A stretch of DNA of 64,000 nt from Octopus vulgaris (Eukaryota). This document shows, piece by piece, positions 1-13,835 of this stretch. Made by a program: the position numbers and the translations under genes. The notes under the pieces were generated by a model, which did not search any database, was not told the origin of the DNA, and worked only from the letters and a program-made list of their open reading frames with translations. Numbering within the stretch: position 1 is the stretch's first letter; every line of letters starts with the position of its first letter. The stretch lies in NCBI GenBank assembly GCA_951406725.2, contig OX597824.1, positions 13,764,001-13,828,000 on the forward strand. Reading direction: 5' to 3'.

Positions 1-2609
1 TACATATATATATATATTCATAGCAATTTGCTATCCTCTCTTTCAAAATTCTTATTGAAGCGATGTTTATGGAACAAGAGTTTAACAACCTGGGTATGAA
101 AAAAAATGCAATACGATTTTGAATCCTGGTCAAAATGAAGTTCATTTTTCTGTCAATCAAAATCATTTTTCGGATGATGTATACGAATATCGTAATAGTC
201 CATTACTCATTTATTAAAGATTGTAATACATACAATAAATAGTGAGAATAGAAGCGATGACCTGCATGCTCATTCTTAATACATTACAGTTGATTCGACT
301 TTGTTGTGTCTCATCAGCTACAGGCACCAGCAATTAACACATTTCCTTTCTTATCTGCTGCAATATATTATGCATGAATATGCACGCCATTGGCGTAACT
401 ATTTTCTTTTCAGGAAATATGGGATTTTGTGCAACATGAAATATAACGCATGATATAATCAATATTTGACTAACGTCCAATAATGTATAAAGGCAAGCCA
501 GGATATGTACGAGGTCTTATCTCTTTCTATCATTATGCACCAAGATAATCACTCTTTCTGGCGGGCTCGATTCAGGATAAAGTTGTCAAATTATGAGATT
601 TATTTGAAGTTATAGAGGAGAGTTTATGAGAAACCATGAAATGTAGGGACTACATAAAATCTTAAATTTAAGAATGAAGATTTAATGAAGTAGTGAATCT
701 GATACGAAATAATTTTTATTGTGATTTTTATCAAATATTTACCAGTTTAACAACGCTGAAAGAGAAAATACCATTTTCAATGAACCATAGATTTTGCAGT
801 TGGAACCTTTGAATTTAAGGGTCAAACGATGTTATTGTTCAAGAATACGTTTAATATAAAATAGTAAACACACGAAGAATCATGATATGGACGTAGTTAC
901 ATCTCGTTCAGTCGGAACTATACATGGTCTTTGAGCCTGGTTCTTTATAAGTCATAAAATTACCAGAACAAATCATTTGATGAATTAGCCAGGACAAATA
1001 TTGTACTAAGAAAATTACTTAACACGTAATAGATCATATCAATTAATCAATATTTATATTAACCAATAATTAATATCTTTTGTGTTTAAGAGAGCTCTCT
1101 AATGACTGATGTTCAATTTGTTCGAAAGTATATTGCTTCTATTGTCAGAACTGTATGTTCCTTCCCGGTGTTATAAACCAGCAATAATTATTCGTCAATT
1201 CAACCAGTGCATCGGAAACATCAAAACCGCAAATTCGATATACAGTTAAAGTTTTACTAGTCGTTTAGCCATATTTTGTGCGTTTATCTATAATATTTTG
1301 CCGCTTTGAGAAATGGAGCATAATATACATTGATGCAAATCTTTCTCGAACGTACAATGACTGTTTCAAATCCTACGAAATAAGTAGAGTTTGAGAGTTT
1401 TAACATACGTTAATAGGACCGGCTCCTTCTGATGTATATATTTGATTGGGAAACGATAATTAAAACAAAATATTACTATTTGTCATACTGTGAACGATAG
1501 CTAAACATTTATCGATCGATAATATGGAGTATGTTCCGCGTTGTGTTGAATATTCCGCTTGCATGTTTATTAGCAAAAATATAACCAACAATAAGCTTAA
1601 AATTAGCATAACATTTAAAGCAAAACTAAATCTAAACACAATCAGAAAATATGAAACAAACATTCTACAAATTCCAGCCATATTTGCAGAAGTTGAAGTG
1701 AAAATATCTTTTGAAGCGAATTATAATTTTACAATCGCGTCTTCAGGGCAAATGTTGCCTTCTCTTTAATTTTTCATATTGATTTGAAATTTCTGTGATT
1801 AATTCGCCATAATATCAGAATGGTGTAACATCCCACTTCTATTGAAGCTGATGATATTTATGAAGCAGTTGATGAGAAACAGTCGACTAACAAGAATATA
1901 CAGTAAGAGGGAAGTCAAAATACTACTTCAGTGTTTATAACAAGCCTGGGAGATATGAAATAAAACAAAGGCGAAATTATATTTTGCGCAAGAATATTGA
2001 AAGCGAAAAAATAAATAATAAAAATGACAATAATGATTATAATAAACAATCAGACAAACAAGGGAATCATGAAATTTTCAGGAAAATTACTCCAGTAAAA
2101 ATAAAAGACATTTATAAAATCACCGAGTTTCTTAAAACACATTAAATATTCACGGAAACTTAACACTCACTCACTGACAATCAGATTCGTCATTTTTTCT
2201 TCTTTTTCCTTCTTTAAACAAACATTTTGAGCCAAAAGCAAAATACTTCAATGCAAATATATGCTTTCATTTCGTATCTTGTACAATATATGGTAAACAG
2301 TTCTAAATATGGAATAAGATATCCGTTTTATGTGCTCTTTATATGGTTTGTGTTCCAATTTATCTTCCTTTTTTTTTATCTTTTGCCTGTTTCAGCCATT
2401 AGACTGCAGACATGATGGGGCACAGCCAAGAAGAAGAGGTTTAATCGAACGAATTGACCCCAGCACTTATATTTTTTAAAGCCTGATACATATCTTATCG
2501 GTTCCTTTTGCCGAACTGCTATGTTACGATGACATAAACGCACCAACACCGGTTGACAAGGGGTGATTGGGGACAGGGAAAGAAGAATTCGTTGTCATAA
2601 CGTTATTAT

Positions 2610-3035
2610 ATGGCGGCGAGCTGTCGTAAGTACGCCGAGCAAAATACTTAGCGGATTTCGTCTGCTTTTAAGTTCTGAGTTCAAATTCCGCCGAAATCGA
2701 CGTTACTTCTCATCCTTTCGGGGGTCGAAAATAATAAGTATCAGTTGGGTAATGGGTCTCGATGAAATCAACTTACCCCTTCCCCTACAGTTGTTGGTCT
2801 TGGGCCCACATTTGAAACCAAATCCGTGAATCGGAAGAATCGTTATCAGGTTGAGCAAAAACATGTTTTGCAGTATTTCGTCCATCTTAACTTTCTGAGT
2901 TCAAATTCTGCACAGGTCGATTTTGCCTTTCATCCTTTCGGGGTCGATAAAATTAAGTATCAGCTGAACCCTGGGATCGATGTAATCGACTATGCTCTCG
3001 CTCGTAATGCCAGGCCTTGTGCAAAAATTTGAAAC
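2610..3035 (+). mobile_element. Two diverged tandem copies of tRNA-derived SINE family B
   Basis: ggcggcgagctg head, gagttcaaattccgcc B-box-like motif and cctttcatcctttcggggtcgataaa body shared with the copies at 23815, 46117 and 60080. Confidence 0.8.
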
Positions 3036-3044
3036 GTTGTTCCC

Positions 3045-3337
3045 CAACCATCGCCTGACAACCGATGTTGGAGTATTTACGTCCCTGTAAATTAGTGATT
3101 CGGCTAAAGAGACTGTTAGAATAAGTATTAGTCGATTTGTCAGACTAAATGCCCGGCTCCAGCATGGACGCAGTCTAATGACTGAAACGAGTAAACGAAT
3201 AAAATAATAAAAGAATATATATATATATCTATATATAGAAAACGGGCTTCTTTCAGTTTGCCACTAACGCAGCCATTCACAAATATTTTGGCCAAACTGG
3301 GGACTACACAATAAGACATTTGCCCAAGGTGCCACAC
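3045..3337. mobile_element. SINE family A fragments: 3' half on + followed by 5' half on -
   Basis: catcgcctgacaaccgatg...gactgaaac and gggcttctttcagttt...ttgcccaaggtgccac match the full copy at 22057-22462. Confidence 0.75.
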
Positions 3338-3384
3338 AGATAGATAGGTAGATAGATAGATAGATAGATAGCTAGCTAGCTAGC

Positions 3385-3477
<93 letters not shown>

Positions 3478-3520
3478 GGATGGATGGATGGATGGATGGA
3501 TGGATGGATGGATGGATGGA
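3338..3520. repeat. (GATA)n/(GGAT)n microsatellite
   Basis: Direct reading. Confidence 0.98.
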
Positions 3521-4199
3521 CAATGGGACGGACGGATGAAGATATTGGTGGATCGATCGAGCGAGCGAGCTTTGACATTCGTCGATGAGGATTCAATCTT
3601 TTGATCAACTCGCCTATTCAATTATCGTGCAAGTTAATTAAAGCAATACGAGAGCAGAATCAGCGTGGAACGATGTGTTAAAAGAGCTGTACCTTTTCAT
3701 TCCCCATACAATCCATCCGACAGATTTCTTTTCACTTTTTGAATGCCTACAGTTTAGTTTAGAAGATATGGATCGTTCTGGGATGATCCTATTAAAAATA
3801 ACAATTGCCTAACAATTTCCCTAACATCGACATTGAATCCTGGACTTTGGGGTTGCTAAGCTTGCTTTTAAATCATTCAACCCCGCTCCTACACACACCT
3901 ATTTACATACATTCATATATATGTGTGTGAGTGTCTGTGTGATGGTGTGTGTGTGTGTGTGTGTGTGTTTATCTTATTCTTTTACTTGTGTGTCATTAGA
4001 CTACGGGCATGCTGAAGGGTTTAGAGAGCGAGAGACATGGATGTTGCTCCGGTTTCCACACTCCGGTTTCCTTCTTGCAAATCCACTCACAAAGCATTTT
4101 TCGGACGGCTCGGATATATAATGTAGCTGAAGGTGCTTTGCAGTGAGAATGAACCTGAAACCACAGCGAAATGTATGCCATGAGAAGGAGAAGCATACC

Positions 4200-4620
4200 G
4201 ATTTCTTTACTATCTACAAGGGGCTAAACATAGAGTGGACAAACAAGGACAGACAAAGGAATTAAGTTGATTATATCGACCCCAGTGCGTAACTGGTACT
4301 TGTTTAATCGACCCCGAAAGGACGAAAGGCAACGTTGACCTCGGCGGAATTTGAACTCAGAACATAGCGGCAGATGAAATACCTATTTCTTTACTACCCA
4401 CAGGGGGCTAAACACAGAGAGGACAAACAAAGGCATACACACGGATTAAGTCGATTACATCGACCCCAGTGCGTAACTGGTACTTAATTTATCGACCCTG
4501 AAAGGACGAAAGGCAAAGTCGACCTCGGCGGAATTTGAACTCAGAACGTAACGGCAGACGAAATACCGCTAAGCATTTCGCCTGGCGTGCTAATGTTTCT
4601 GCCAGCTCGCTACCTTGAGT
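4200..4620 (-). mobile_element. SINE family B dimer flanked by a 14-bp target site duplication
   Basis: Two tandem B monomers; aggagaagcatacc at 4186-4199 and 4621-4634. Confidence 0.9.
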
Positions 4621-5243
4621 AGGAGAAGCATACCAGTGAGCTGGATAGAAAGAAATTGCGGTATATAATCTCAATCCGACTTGCTCGAATACTTCTTTGT
4701 CACTCTCGTCATTAGAAATACAATGAACAAACACCTTGAGTGTCAAGTTACCAACCCATCATGAACGACGCTATTGTTCACAATATATGTGATAAAAATG
4801 AACGTATTGTTCATTTTGAAACGAGGAAGGTGAATTTTTGTTGTGGGTGCAGTGGAATGTACTGTTTGTACGTGTGGTTGCATGTAATGAAAGGCAGTTT
4901 CCGCAATCTATGTATATTGTTGGCAATTTCTATTATTTAATATATAAGCCACACAAAACTGAAAGGACAACGACAAAGCTTCTCTCTATGTAATCGCATG
5001 TTTGTTTAGAAACCATAGCTTAGCTTCTTTTCTTAGTCGCATTTTATATAACAAAATTACTAATAACCAACCCAATGAAAGCGCCTCTAAGCAATTACTG
5101 AGTCGGCTAAAAATAGGAGCCTAATTTCCCTCATATTGAATATTGTGTCTTAAAATGGAAATGGCACGCTAGTCTTAAATGTATTGTTTTGTATGGAATG
5201 TCATTTAATATAGCAAAGAATGTATATATAAAAATACATACAG

Positions 5244-5285
<42 letters not shown>

Positions 5286-5325
5286 TATATATGCAGACAT
5301 ACATACATACATACATATATATATG

Positions 5326-5377
<52 letters not shown>

Positions 5378-5389
5378 TATATATATATT

Positions 5390-5585
5390 ATATGAGATAA
5401 TGGTGTCAATGAGACCCAAAAGTTTCATGTAATGCTGAATAAGTGCTATAAACAGACCGTTCCAGATTCGGTAATATTGCGAATAAAGGGTTCAACGTTG
5501 GTTTTATATCAGCGTGTGTATATATGATTTTTTTGCGTAATGAGATGAAAAAAAACCCATGGCTGTATAGATATTAGAGCATTAA
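5390..5585 (-). mobile_element. 3' terminal fragment of Penelope-like/HHR element family H, abutting (TA)n
   Basis: Homologous to 46372-46570 (gataatggtgtca.tgagaccca...ttgcgaataaagggttcaa...gatattagagcatt), which lies downstream of an HHR. Confidence 0.75.
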
Positions 5586-5835
5586 ATGCCTTCGAAAATT
5601 CTTAGGCGCATGTAACATTACTGGCTCATTATATTTGGAAGCTCAAAGAAGAGAAGACAAAATACGACCTAACCTGGTCTATAATTAGACAGGTGAATCC
5701 CTATAACACATTATCCCGAAAATATCAGTTGTGTCCCAAGGAGTCACTCTCAATATTATTAAGAAATGAGCGCATTATAAACAGATTTAAAAAAGCGATT
5801 ACCCAGGTGCCTGCATGGAGCTAAACACACATTCA
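5585..5835 (+). pseudogene. Penelope-like element GIY-YIG endonuclease C-terminal remnant
   Basis: Manual translation gives TLLAHYIWKLKEEKTKYDLTWSIIRQVNPYNTLSRKYQLCPKESLSILL...IINR, then a frameshift and RCLH. This fits the PLE pattern LSxYIWxLK...WxI...PY...CxLCxxE...N...CRH. One stop and one frameshift are present. Confidence 0.8.
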
Positions 5836-6530
5836 CATACAAAAATCTAAACCACACCTATCCGATACAAACCCAACACCCATAACTCGGATTAACCCTC
5901 CGAGTTAAAACATCTTGAACTGTAACCATGAAACATATACTAAAGAAGAACCGTATGCGAATAACATCTATTTAGACGGGTATCTTTACAATTCACCTGA
6001 GTATATATATGTATGTATCTATGTATACATGTATACATACATACATATATATATATGTGGATGTGGATGTATATGTGTGTATATATATGTATATATATGT
6101 ATGTATATATGCGTGTGTGAGTGTATGTGTCTATCTTCTATATGCATCTATATGTATGTAAGTGTGTATATATATGTGTGTATATGCGGATGTTTACTTA
6201 CATATATATATATGTTTGTGTATATATGTATATATATATATATATCTGTGTCTCTGTCCGTCCGTCTGTATTTATATGCACGAACATAAAACTACTTGAC
6301 TAAGTATTAATCTTCCTTTTCCCTTCTACTTTCTTTTCCCTCTAAGCAGTTATGACATCGAAAGCTGATTAGGTCATTTCATCTAAACTGGAACGCAAGA
6401 TTTCTACGTTCATGCTTTAATTTTTTGTATTTCTATTATATTATTTGCTTTTATTCGTCCCCCAACTTCACGGGCATACAATAAGAAGCCCGCCGAGACT
6501 AGAAATCTCTAGTGAGGAATCTTTATCAAT

Positions 6531-6575
6531 GTACCTGAAGAGACTCAGCCTGATAGGTCGAAACACATGTTGTGC
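6531..6575 (+). ncRNA. Type I hammerhead ribozyme motif
   Basis: gtac-CTGAAGA-gac...gtc-GAAA-cacat-GTT-gtgc; followed by AATAAA (6578) and a (TAA)n/(GAA)n tract. Confidence 0.65.
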
Positions 6576-6613
6576 CTAATAAAAGTGTAATAAAAAATCC
6601 ATTTCCTATTCAA

Positions 6614-6679
<66 letters not shown>

Positions 6680-6719
6680 AAGAAGAAGAAGAAGAAGAAG
6701 AAGAAGAAGAAGAAGAATG

Positions 6720-6798
<79 letters not shown>
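6614..6798. repeat. Compound (TAA)n(GAA)n(TAA)n microsatellite
   Basis: Direct reading. Confidence 0.98.
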
Positions 6799-6800
<2 letters not shown>

Positions 6801-7169
6801 TATACACGACGGGTTTTGTCCAGTTTCACTTACCCTAGGTATCACGCTGTGGGACTGAACCTGAAACCATGTGGTTGGGAATTTATCTTCCTTCCACACA
6901 GCCACACCTCTGCCTATATGATTTAATAATTTTATCATCAGTATCTTCGAAATTATCTATATCAGAATTTTCCACTATATATATATATGTGCAGGAGTGT
7001 ATGCGCATGTATGCGTGTGTTTGCATCCTATACATATATCAGAGTCATGTATGTATCATACGTAACGTATAGACAATGTTCATACACGCACATACACAAA
7101 CACACACACCTATATATGTATATATACACATATATTTATATGTATGTATATATATATATATATATATAT

Positions 7170-7235
<66 letters not shown>

Positions 7236-7238
7236 ATA

Positions 7239-7276
<38 letters not shown>

Positions 7277-7322
7277 CGATAGATACATACATACATAATA
7301 CATACGCACACACACACACATA

Positions 7323-7381
<59 letters not shown>

Positions 7382-7877
7382 AATTCAGAGCTTTACATTT
7401 ATGAAAAATAAATTACTCCATCTGAGATTGTGTGATGAAAGTGCAACAAAGCAACAGAAGAATTAATTACATCAGTGAAGATTAATTTTAGCCAATTAAA
7501 AACACACAAAACAATTCATTTACTTTCAATTTATACCGTTAAAGTATCAGCATACTTTAATATTTCAATAAGTGACACCAAATTTTGTTAAACCCTTCAC
7601 TGACAGAATTCCTCTTCATTGTAAATATGCCGCGACAAAGTCAGCAGAAGATGGCGGCATTTGTTTCTACGTTCAGATTTTTCAGCTTTTACTTGCTGTA
7701 GTTATTGGACTGCGGCCATGATGAGGCATACCGCCTTGAAGTGTTTAGTTGAACGAATCATATTTTTTTCATTTTTGACTTTTGCGGAGCTGTTAAGTTA
7801 CAGTGAGCATAAACAAACTGAAATAGGTTGTCAAGTGACGGTAGAAGACAAACACAGACATAAACACACGAATATAG

Positions 7878-7943
<66 letters not shown>

Positions 7944-7979
7944 AATGGAGTTGAACGACGAATTAACAAAATTCCTTTA

Positions 7980-8062
7980 TTTTCGACATATGTTTCGAAG
8001 GCTGCATATTCCTAATTGCGAAGGAATAAGGAGTATATTATGCCGCTTTCTCATCAGGAAAA
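7980..8062 (-). ncRNA. Type I hammerhead ribozyme motif with palindromic stem III
   Basis: Minus strand: ttttc-CTGATGA-gaa...ttc-GAAA-catat-GTC-gaaaa, overlapping AATAAA; the element end abuts (TA)n at 7940. Confidence 0.8.
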
Positions 8063-8358
8063 GCAAGGAACTTATGTCAACATCAAGATGCACAAAATAC
8101 TTTTAGATGACTGCTCACACGGAGCCCATAGTGATAATGAGTGCCTCTTTAAAAAAATTTCTTTATAGGGAGTGACGTCAAAATGGTTGGATGTAGAAGG
8201 TTATATATATATAAATATATATATGAACATATATATATATATATAAATATATAAACATAATAAAACATAATAAAATAGGGTAATAATAAATTATTATTAC
8301 CAGTGGCCTAGCACAAAACACGAATTAGTCATTAGACTATATATTATTCATATAGAAA

Positions 8359-8854
8359 TACAATAAGAGGCTTCCAAATAGGAAGGTCTTGTGCTAGAAA
8401 GAGCAGTAGAAATCTCAAGACCACAAAAAAGGATAAATTCACGAAAGGAATGAAAATTAAAGACGTTTACCATCTCAACTATTTCCCAGATGGCGGTTTC
8501 TAACTATTTCCAGCAAAAAAATATTTACTGAATTTTACCGGCATCCTCTCTGTCGCCGGGTACAATCTGCGTCTGCGCAGTGGTTTGAAAGGTTAGGATT
8601 TACAAACCGCTAGTTCTACATATGAATCTAGCAGTCTGTACGTCTGAAATTTAAAGACTATCCCACTGAAGAAAACTGGCCTTCAGTAAATATTTTTTTG
8701 CTGGAAATAGTTAGAAACCGCGGTCTGGGAAATAGTTGAGATGTTAAACGTTTTTAATTTTCATTCCTTTCGTGAATTTATCCTTTTTGTGGTCTTGAGA
8801 TTCCTACTGCTCTTTCTAGCACAACGCTTTCCTATTTGGAAGCCTCTTATTGTA
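8359..8854. mobile_element. Long inverted repeat (arms 8359-8532 and 8682-8854), Penelope-like inverted terminus
   Basis: Arms of about 173 bp are near reverse complements; an HHR overlaps the spacer and right arm; the right end abuts (TA)n. Confidence 0.85.
8661..8730 (+). ncRNA. Type I hammerhead ribozyme motif with palindromic stem III
   Basis: tccca-CTGAAGA-aaact...agtta-GAAA-ccgcg-GTC-tggga. Confidence 0.8.
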
Positions 8855-8878
8855 TATATATATATATATATATATATG

Positions 8879-8910
8879 CTAGCTGACATACCCGGTAATT
8901 CTAGGGGAAG
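8879..8910 (-). mobile_element. Helitron-like 3' terminus
   Basis: Imperfect GC hairpin followed by cagCTAG on the minus strand; similar to 27290-27318. Confidence 0.45.
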
Positions 8911-9267
8911 CGGGGCTTATCCCTCGGTTCCGTTCTCATAATCATTTCGATAATCCAATAACATCAATGCAAAGTATGTAGCCTTTAAAACAGTTTTTGT
9001 GCATTTACAGAGAATACCGAACTGTCTTACACAGGATCTTGTTTTTAAGAATTCCTAATAAGTTATGACTTCTCAAATTGTGAAATCAGTTATGCAATAA
9101 CATGAAATTAGTTACCCGATAGTAAGCATTCAAATAAAGTAGCCCCGAAAAGGGCTTTAATGCGTTCCCGGAGTATATTGAACAAGAGGAGGAAATACTA
9201 GTAAGATATGTATACTAAAATCGTGAAGCATGCTAGATAATAACAGGTTAATCAGATATGAGATAAT

Positions 9268-9644
9268 GGAAGCACTCCGTCGGTTACGACGACGAGGGTT
9301 CCGGTTGATCCGAATCAACGGAACAGCCAATTAACGTGTAAGTGGCTGAGCACTCCACAGACACGTGTACCCTTAACGTAGTTCTCGGGGATATTCAGCG
9401 TGACACAGAGAGTGACAAGGCCGGCCCCTTGAAATACAGGTACAACAGAAACAGGAAGTAAGAGTGAGAGAAAGTTGTGGTGAAAGAGTACAGCAGGGAT
9501 CACCACCATCCCCTGCCGGAGCCTCGTGGAGCTTTTAAGTGTTTTCGCTCAATAAACACTCACAACGCCCGGTCTGGGAATCGAAACCGCGATCCTATGA
9601 CCGCGAGTCCGCTGCCCTAACCACTGGGCCATTGCGCCTCCACT
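9268..9644 (-). mobile_element. Full-length tRNA-derived SINE family C (tail I) with 13-bp TSD
   Basis: Head tggaggcgcaatggcccagtggttaggg...ggtttcgattcc (A/B boxes); TSD gatatgagataat at 9255-9267 and 9645-9657. Confidence 0.93.
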
Positions 9645-9694
9645 GATATGAGATAATAACCATTCGACGGAGTGCTTCCAGTGTGTGTATATAT

Positions 9695-9889
9695 CATTGA
9701 ATTATATTATCCACGATAGGTACATATCAGACTAATTATTAAAATTATCAAATTAATACCCACAATTCTTATTCCAAATCATATACTTTGCGTTATATAG
9801 ACTATTTGGAATAAGGATTGAAGGTATTAATTTTGATAATTTTAATATTTAGTCCTGTATGTACCTATCATGGAAAATATCGTTCAATG
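9695..9889. repeat. Imperfect inverted repeat with arms of about 80 bp
   Basis: cattgaa...gataggtacata...ttccaaat versus atttggaa...tatgtacctatc...ttcaatg. Confidence 0.8.
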
Positions 9890-10246
9890 GTGATTGAGTT
9901 GCTTGAGGGTGATTCTGTCTCTTAAAACTCAGTGTGTGTGTGTGTGTTTGCGTGTGTGTGTGTGTGTGTGTATGTGTGTGTGTGTATAAATATATATTCT
10001 CTATATGTATACAACGGGCTTCTACACAATTTCCGTCAACGAAATTTAAGTTTTGACTGGCAAGAGGCTATAATGAAAACTGTGCCCAAGCTGCCACGTA
10101 GTGGGAACTGAACCCGACTAAACACGTAATCATATGATCGCAAAGCGATCTGCTTAACCACACAGCTAAATGGTTTGCTTTGTTGTGATTCATCCCAAGA
10201 AGGCCAAATATAAAATAGAGGCCTAACATAAGACAACACACACACA

Positions 10247-10294
<48 letters not shown>

Positions 10295-11239
10295 AACACA
10301 CACATATACACACAGAACACGCACACACACACATACACACTGCAGGCGGGGATCTGTGGTAAAAAGTTTACTACCGAACCACATGGTTCCGAGTTCTGTC
10401 CCACTGCGTAGCATAAAGGGTAATTGTCTTTTACTGTAGCCTTGGCCTGGCCAAACGCGTCGTTATAGGATTTGGTTAGCCAGCAAGGCTGTGGAGAAGG
10501 TTAATTTGACTACGTCGAACCCCAGTGCTCAACTGGTACTTCTTCTATCGACCTAGTAAAGATGAAAGGCAAACACGATCTGGATAGAATTTCAACTTAA
10601 AGCGGAATGCCGCTAAACATTTTGGCTAACGTGCTAACGAGTTTCCCATCTCGCTACTTTAATCATGGATAATATAATACCGTTATTTTTATCCAAATTA
10701 GTGGGCCACATTTCTCAGGAAATTGTGAGTCGGGCATTGTCACCTAAAGGTTTTCTCATCAAAGACATTTAATGAGTAAGCGTCCTCGGGCGCGCGTGTG
10801 TCTGTACATGTGTGCGTGTGTGTGTGTGTCTATGTGTGTAAATTAAAACTTGTTCGTTTGGATTACTTTGAAGTCACTTACAATAAAATCTTAATTATAT
10901 AGACATCTCCATCACCAGATTTGTAATGAGACTTTCTTTCATTTATTATACTCTGGCTTTGTCATCGAAAAACGCCCTTTAACTATATGTATATATACAT
11001 ACATGTATATATGCATTTGTGTGTGTGTGTGTGTATACACGCATAGTATAAACTTACATACGTAATATACATACATATATATATATATGAAAGAATGGAG
11101 TTGAACGACGAATTAACAAAAAAAAAACATACAAATTTCCACACGAAAGCACGTAACTTCAAACGTGTGTCTTCTCTGATGTGAATTTGCTACCCAGGTA
11201 TCGGTTAACCGAATTATCCATAACAAGATAATTCATTCA

Positions 11240-11326
<87 letters not shown>

Positions 11327-12569
11327 TGTGTTTTATTTAAAATAAAATTTACAAATTCGGACCGAGTCAATAGGTGAATTGAGAAATCTCCAAATTTGTT
11401 TGCCAAACATCTTTTCTTAAACATAAAAAGATCAACGGGCCAAATTCATGTGAACGGAGACATTTTAAAACTATAAATAATGTAAATATGCTAAGTATTT
11501 TATTCATACAACAAACCCGATACACTTGTTTGGGACCAAAACAAACTGATGTGCTGGCGGACTGGGCACCTACCCTGCGGGTGTCAGCGATTAGTTCTAA
11601 ATCAGTCAGAAAGAGAACCGTTATGATGAAGTATTTTTAAACATAGATTCTTTAGTCTGTATTAACTTGTATACCTATAGTTATTGTTGCACTTGGCTAT
11701 GATATTTTTTCCTGAAGTAGTAATTTTGGAAAATCCAAGGGTGCCTGGCAGTATACGTGTCCATCTGGCTTCTAATCGGATAATTTCATCTGTAAGTGGA
11801 GTAGTGAAAATATTCAAATATTTTTCTAAATTTGTTATGTAAGCCTTAAAAGATGCATTATAGATTGCACGGTCGCAGTTTCGATTCTTAAACACAAACG
11901 AAATCTTTTTTATGGAAAATATTTTAGGTGAAATTATGAAAGAAGAAAGCATATACCTGCATTTATATATACATTCCCATTCACGAATTGTGACTCATTT
12001 ATGTGTGCGAATAAGTTCGTCCACTCCCAAAGCATTCGTGTCATCGCCGCTGCATAGGACCGATTTGATTCCGCTGCTTCGTTCTTAGCCGCCTGTTGAG
12101 GAGAGTGCATTTTATCGCAAGCATTTAAGGCAGGTGGGTAGTTTGAGGATAACTTCGTCCCTTCCTTCTACTAGTCTTGGATCCCCTGTAAATGTCATGG
12201 GAATTACCTTCATCCCTAACTAAAAAGAGTTTTCAATATTTGAGATACGGAATAACGTTTGTAGGAGAGAGATTGTTGCTAAATTTCATTCAATTTTTTT
12301 TATTACCAAAGAACAAGTCGACGAGCAGACAAAATCGTTAGCATGCCGGACAAAATGCATAGCGGAACTTTGTCCGGCTTTACATTCTGAATTGCATTTC
12401 CACTAAGGACGGCTTTGCCTTTGATCCTTGCGAAGATAAAACAAGTACCATCAAGTAGTGGGGGAGCGATGTAATCTAGTCCTCTTCCCCAAAACTTTCA
12501 GGCCCTGTAGGAAAACTTTCAGGCCTATAGGAAAAAGATTACTTTGCTAATTGCTTTAATGCGAATGTA

Positions 12570-12810
12570 AAGCCACGTGGCCTGATTTTGCTCTCATAAT
12601 CATAAGATCGTTATTTCGGTTCTTAAAACAGCCATTGTGTCGTTGAACAAAGCGCTTCCTTTGACGTTACTCCAGGCCACTCAGCTGTAAATGAGCACCT
12701 CTGCGATTGATTGGCGTTCCATTCAGATGGCATGTTATTGTATCGGTCACTTATACGCCTCTGGGAACCGGCAAAGCGAACCTATGAGTCTTACGACTCG
12801 AGTCGGTAAC
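12570..12810 (+). mobile_element. Old SINE, head D with tail III
   Basis: gttactccaggccactcagctgtaaatgag...ctgcgattgattggcgttccattcag...gggaaccgg resembles head D (24661) and the tail of 32657. Confidence 0.55.
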
Positions 12811-13459
12811 TTCTTTCACTTCAATTAATTGTTGACTCAGGCAACTTACTTTGCTCAAATATTTTTTCGCTTAACTTTTTTGTAAATTGTATTTTAATCG
12901 AACGGGATTTCCTCCAAAACTTCACTTGAGAAGGGTTGAAATGGCGTTTTTTCTTTGCTTTTTTTTTACGGAAAATAGGGAGTCGCTCCAAGTCGACCAA
13001 CTTTGCATAGAGAAGTTATGGTTCCTATGCTTACGGATATATGATTATAATGTCTGAGAACCGAATCGCAAAACAGAATTTACAAACATTAGCCTATTGG
13101 CAAGAGATCTGCTTGTTCACTCATAAGCAGTATATATGGATGGATAATGTTCGTAGCTTCAGTTAGTTTTGTTAGGGGATCTAGCTGGGACAGACACTTC
13201 AGATAAGACTCCTTGGAATGTTTATCTAAGGACCTCTCCGACTCCCACTACACTCACAGGAATAGTGGACTATGAAGATGAATGTACGGAATGAGTTTTT
13301 GCTCAAATGTTTTGCATATCAACATATTCTAGTATGTTCCAATAAGTTACACTTCTGCTTTTAATGACATATTTAGCAGCTATTTCTGACACGTCGATCA
13401 ATCGTGAGTAAAATTTCCTTCACTGGATGATCTGTGAATCTATTTAATCGTATGCGCCT

Positions 13460-13587
13460 GTGCATGTATTTATGTATGTATGTATGTATGTATGTATGTA
13501 TGTATGTATGTATGTATGTATGCATGTATGTATGTAAGTATGCATGTATGTATGTATGCATGCATTATGTATGTATATATGTATGTC

Positions 13588-13619
<32 letters not shown>

Positions 13620-13835
13620 TGCATGTATGTGTGTATGTATGTATGCATGCATTATGTATATATGTATATATGTATGTATATATGTATGTCTATATGTATG
13701 CATGTATGTATGTATGCATGTATGTATGTATGTAAGCATGTATGTATTTATGCATATATGTATGTATGCATGCATGTATGCATATATGTAGGTATGTACG
13801 TATGCATGTATGTATGTAAGTATGCATGTATGTAA
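13460..13835. repeat. Degenerate (TATG)n array
   Basis: Direct reading. Confidence 0.97.

Noticed and set aside
9570-9644. tRNA gene
   Set aside because: The tRNA-like A/B boxes are the head of a TSD-flanked SINE; the same applies to the other family A-D heads
11662-11952. 96-aa minus-strand ORF as an exon or transposase fragment
   Set aside because: Complex sequence but no motif I can assign with confidence
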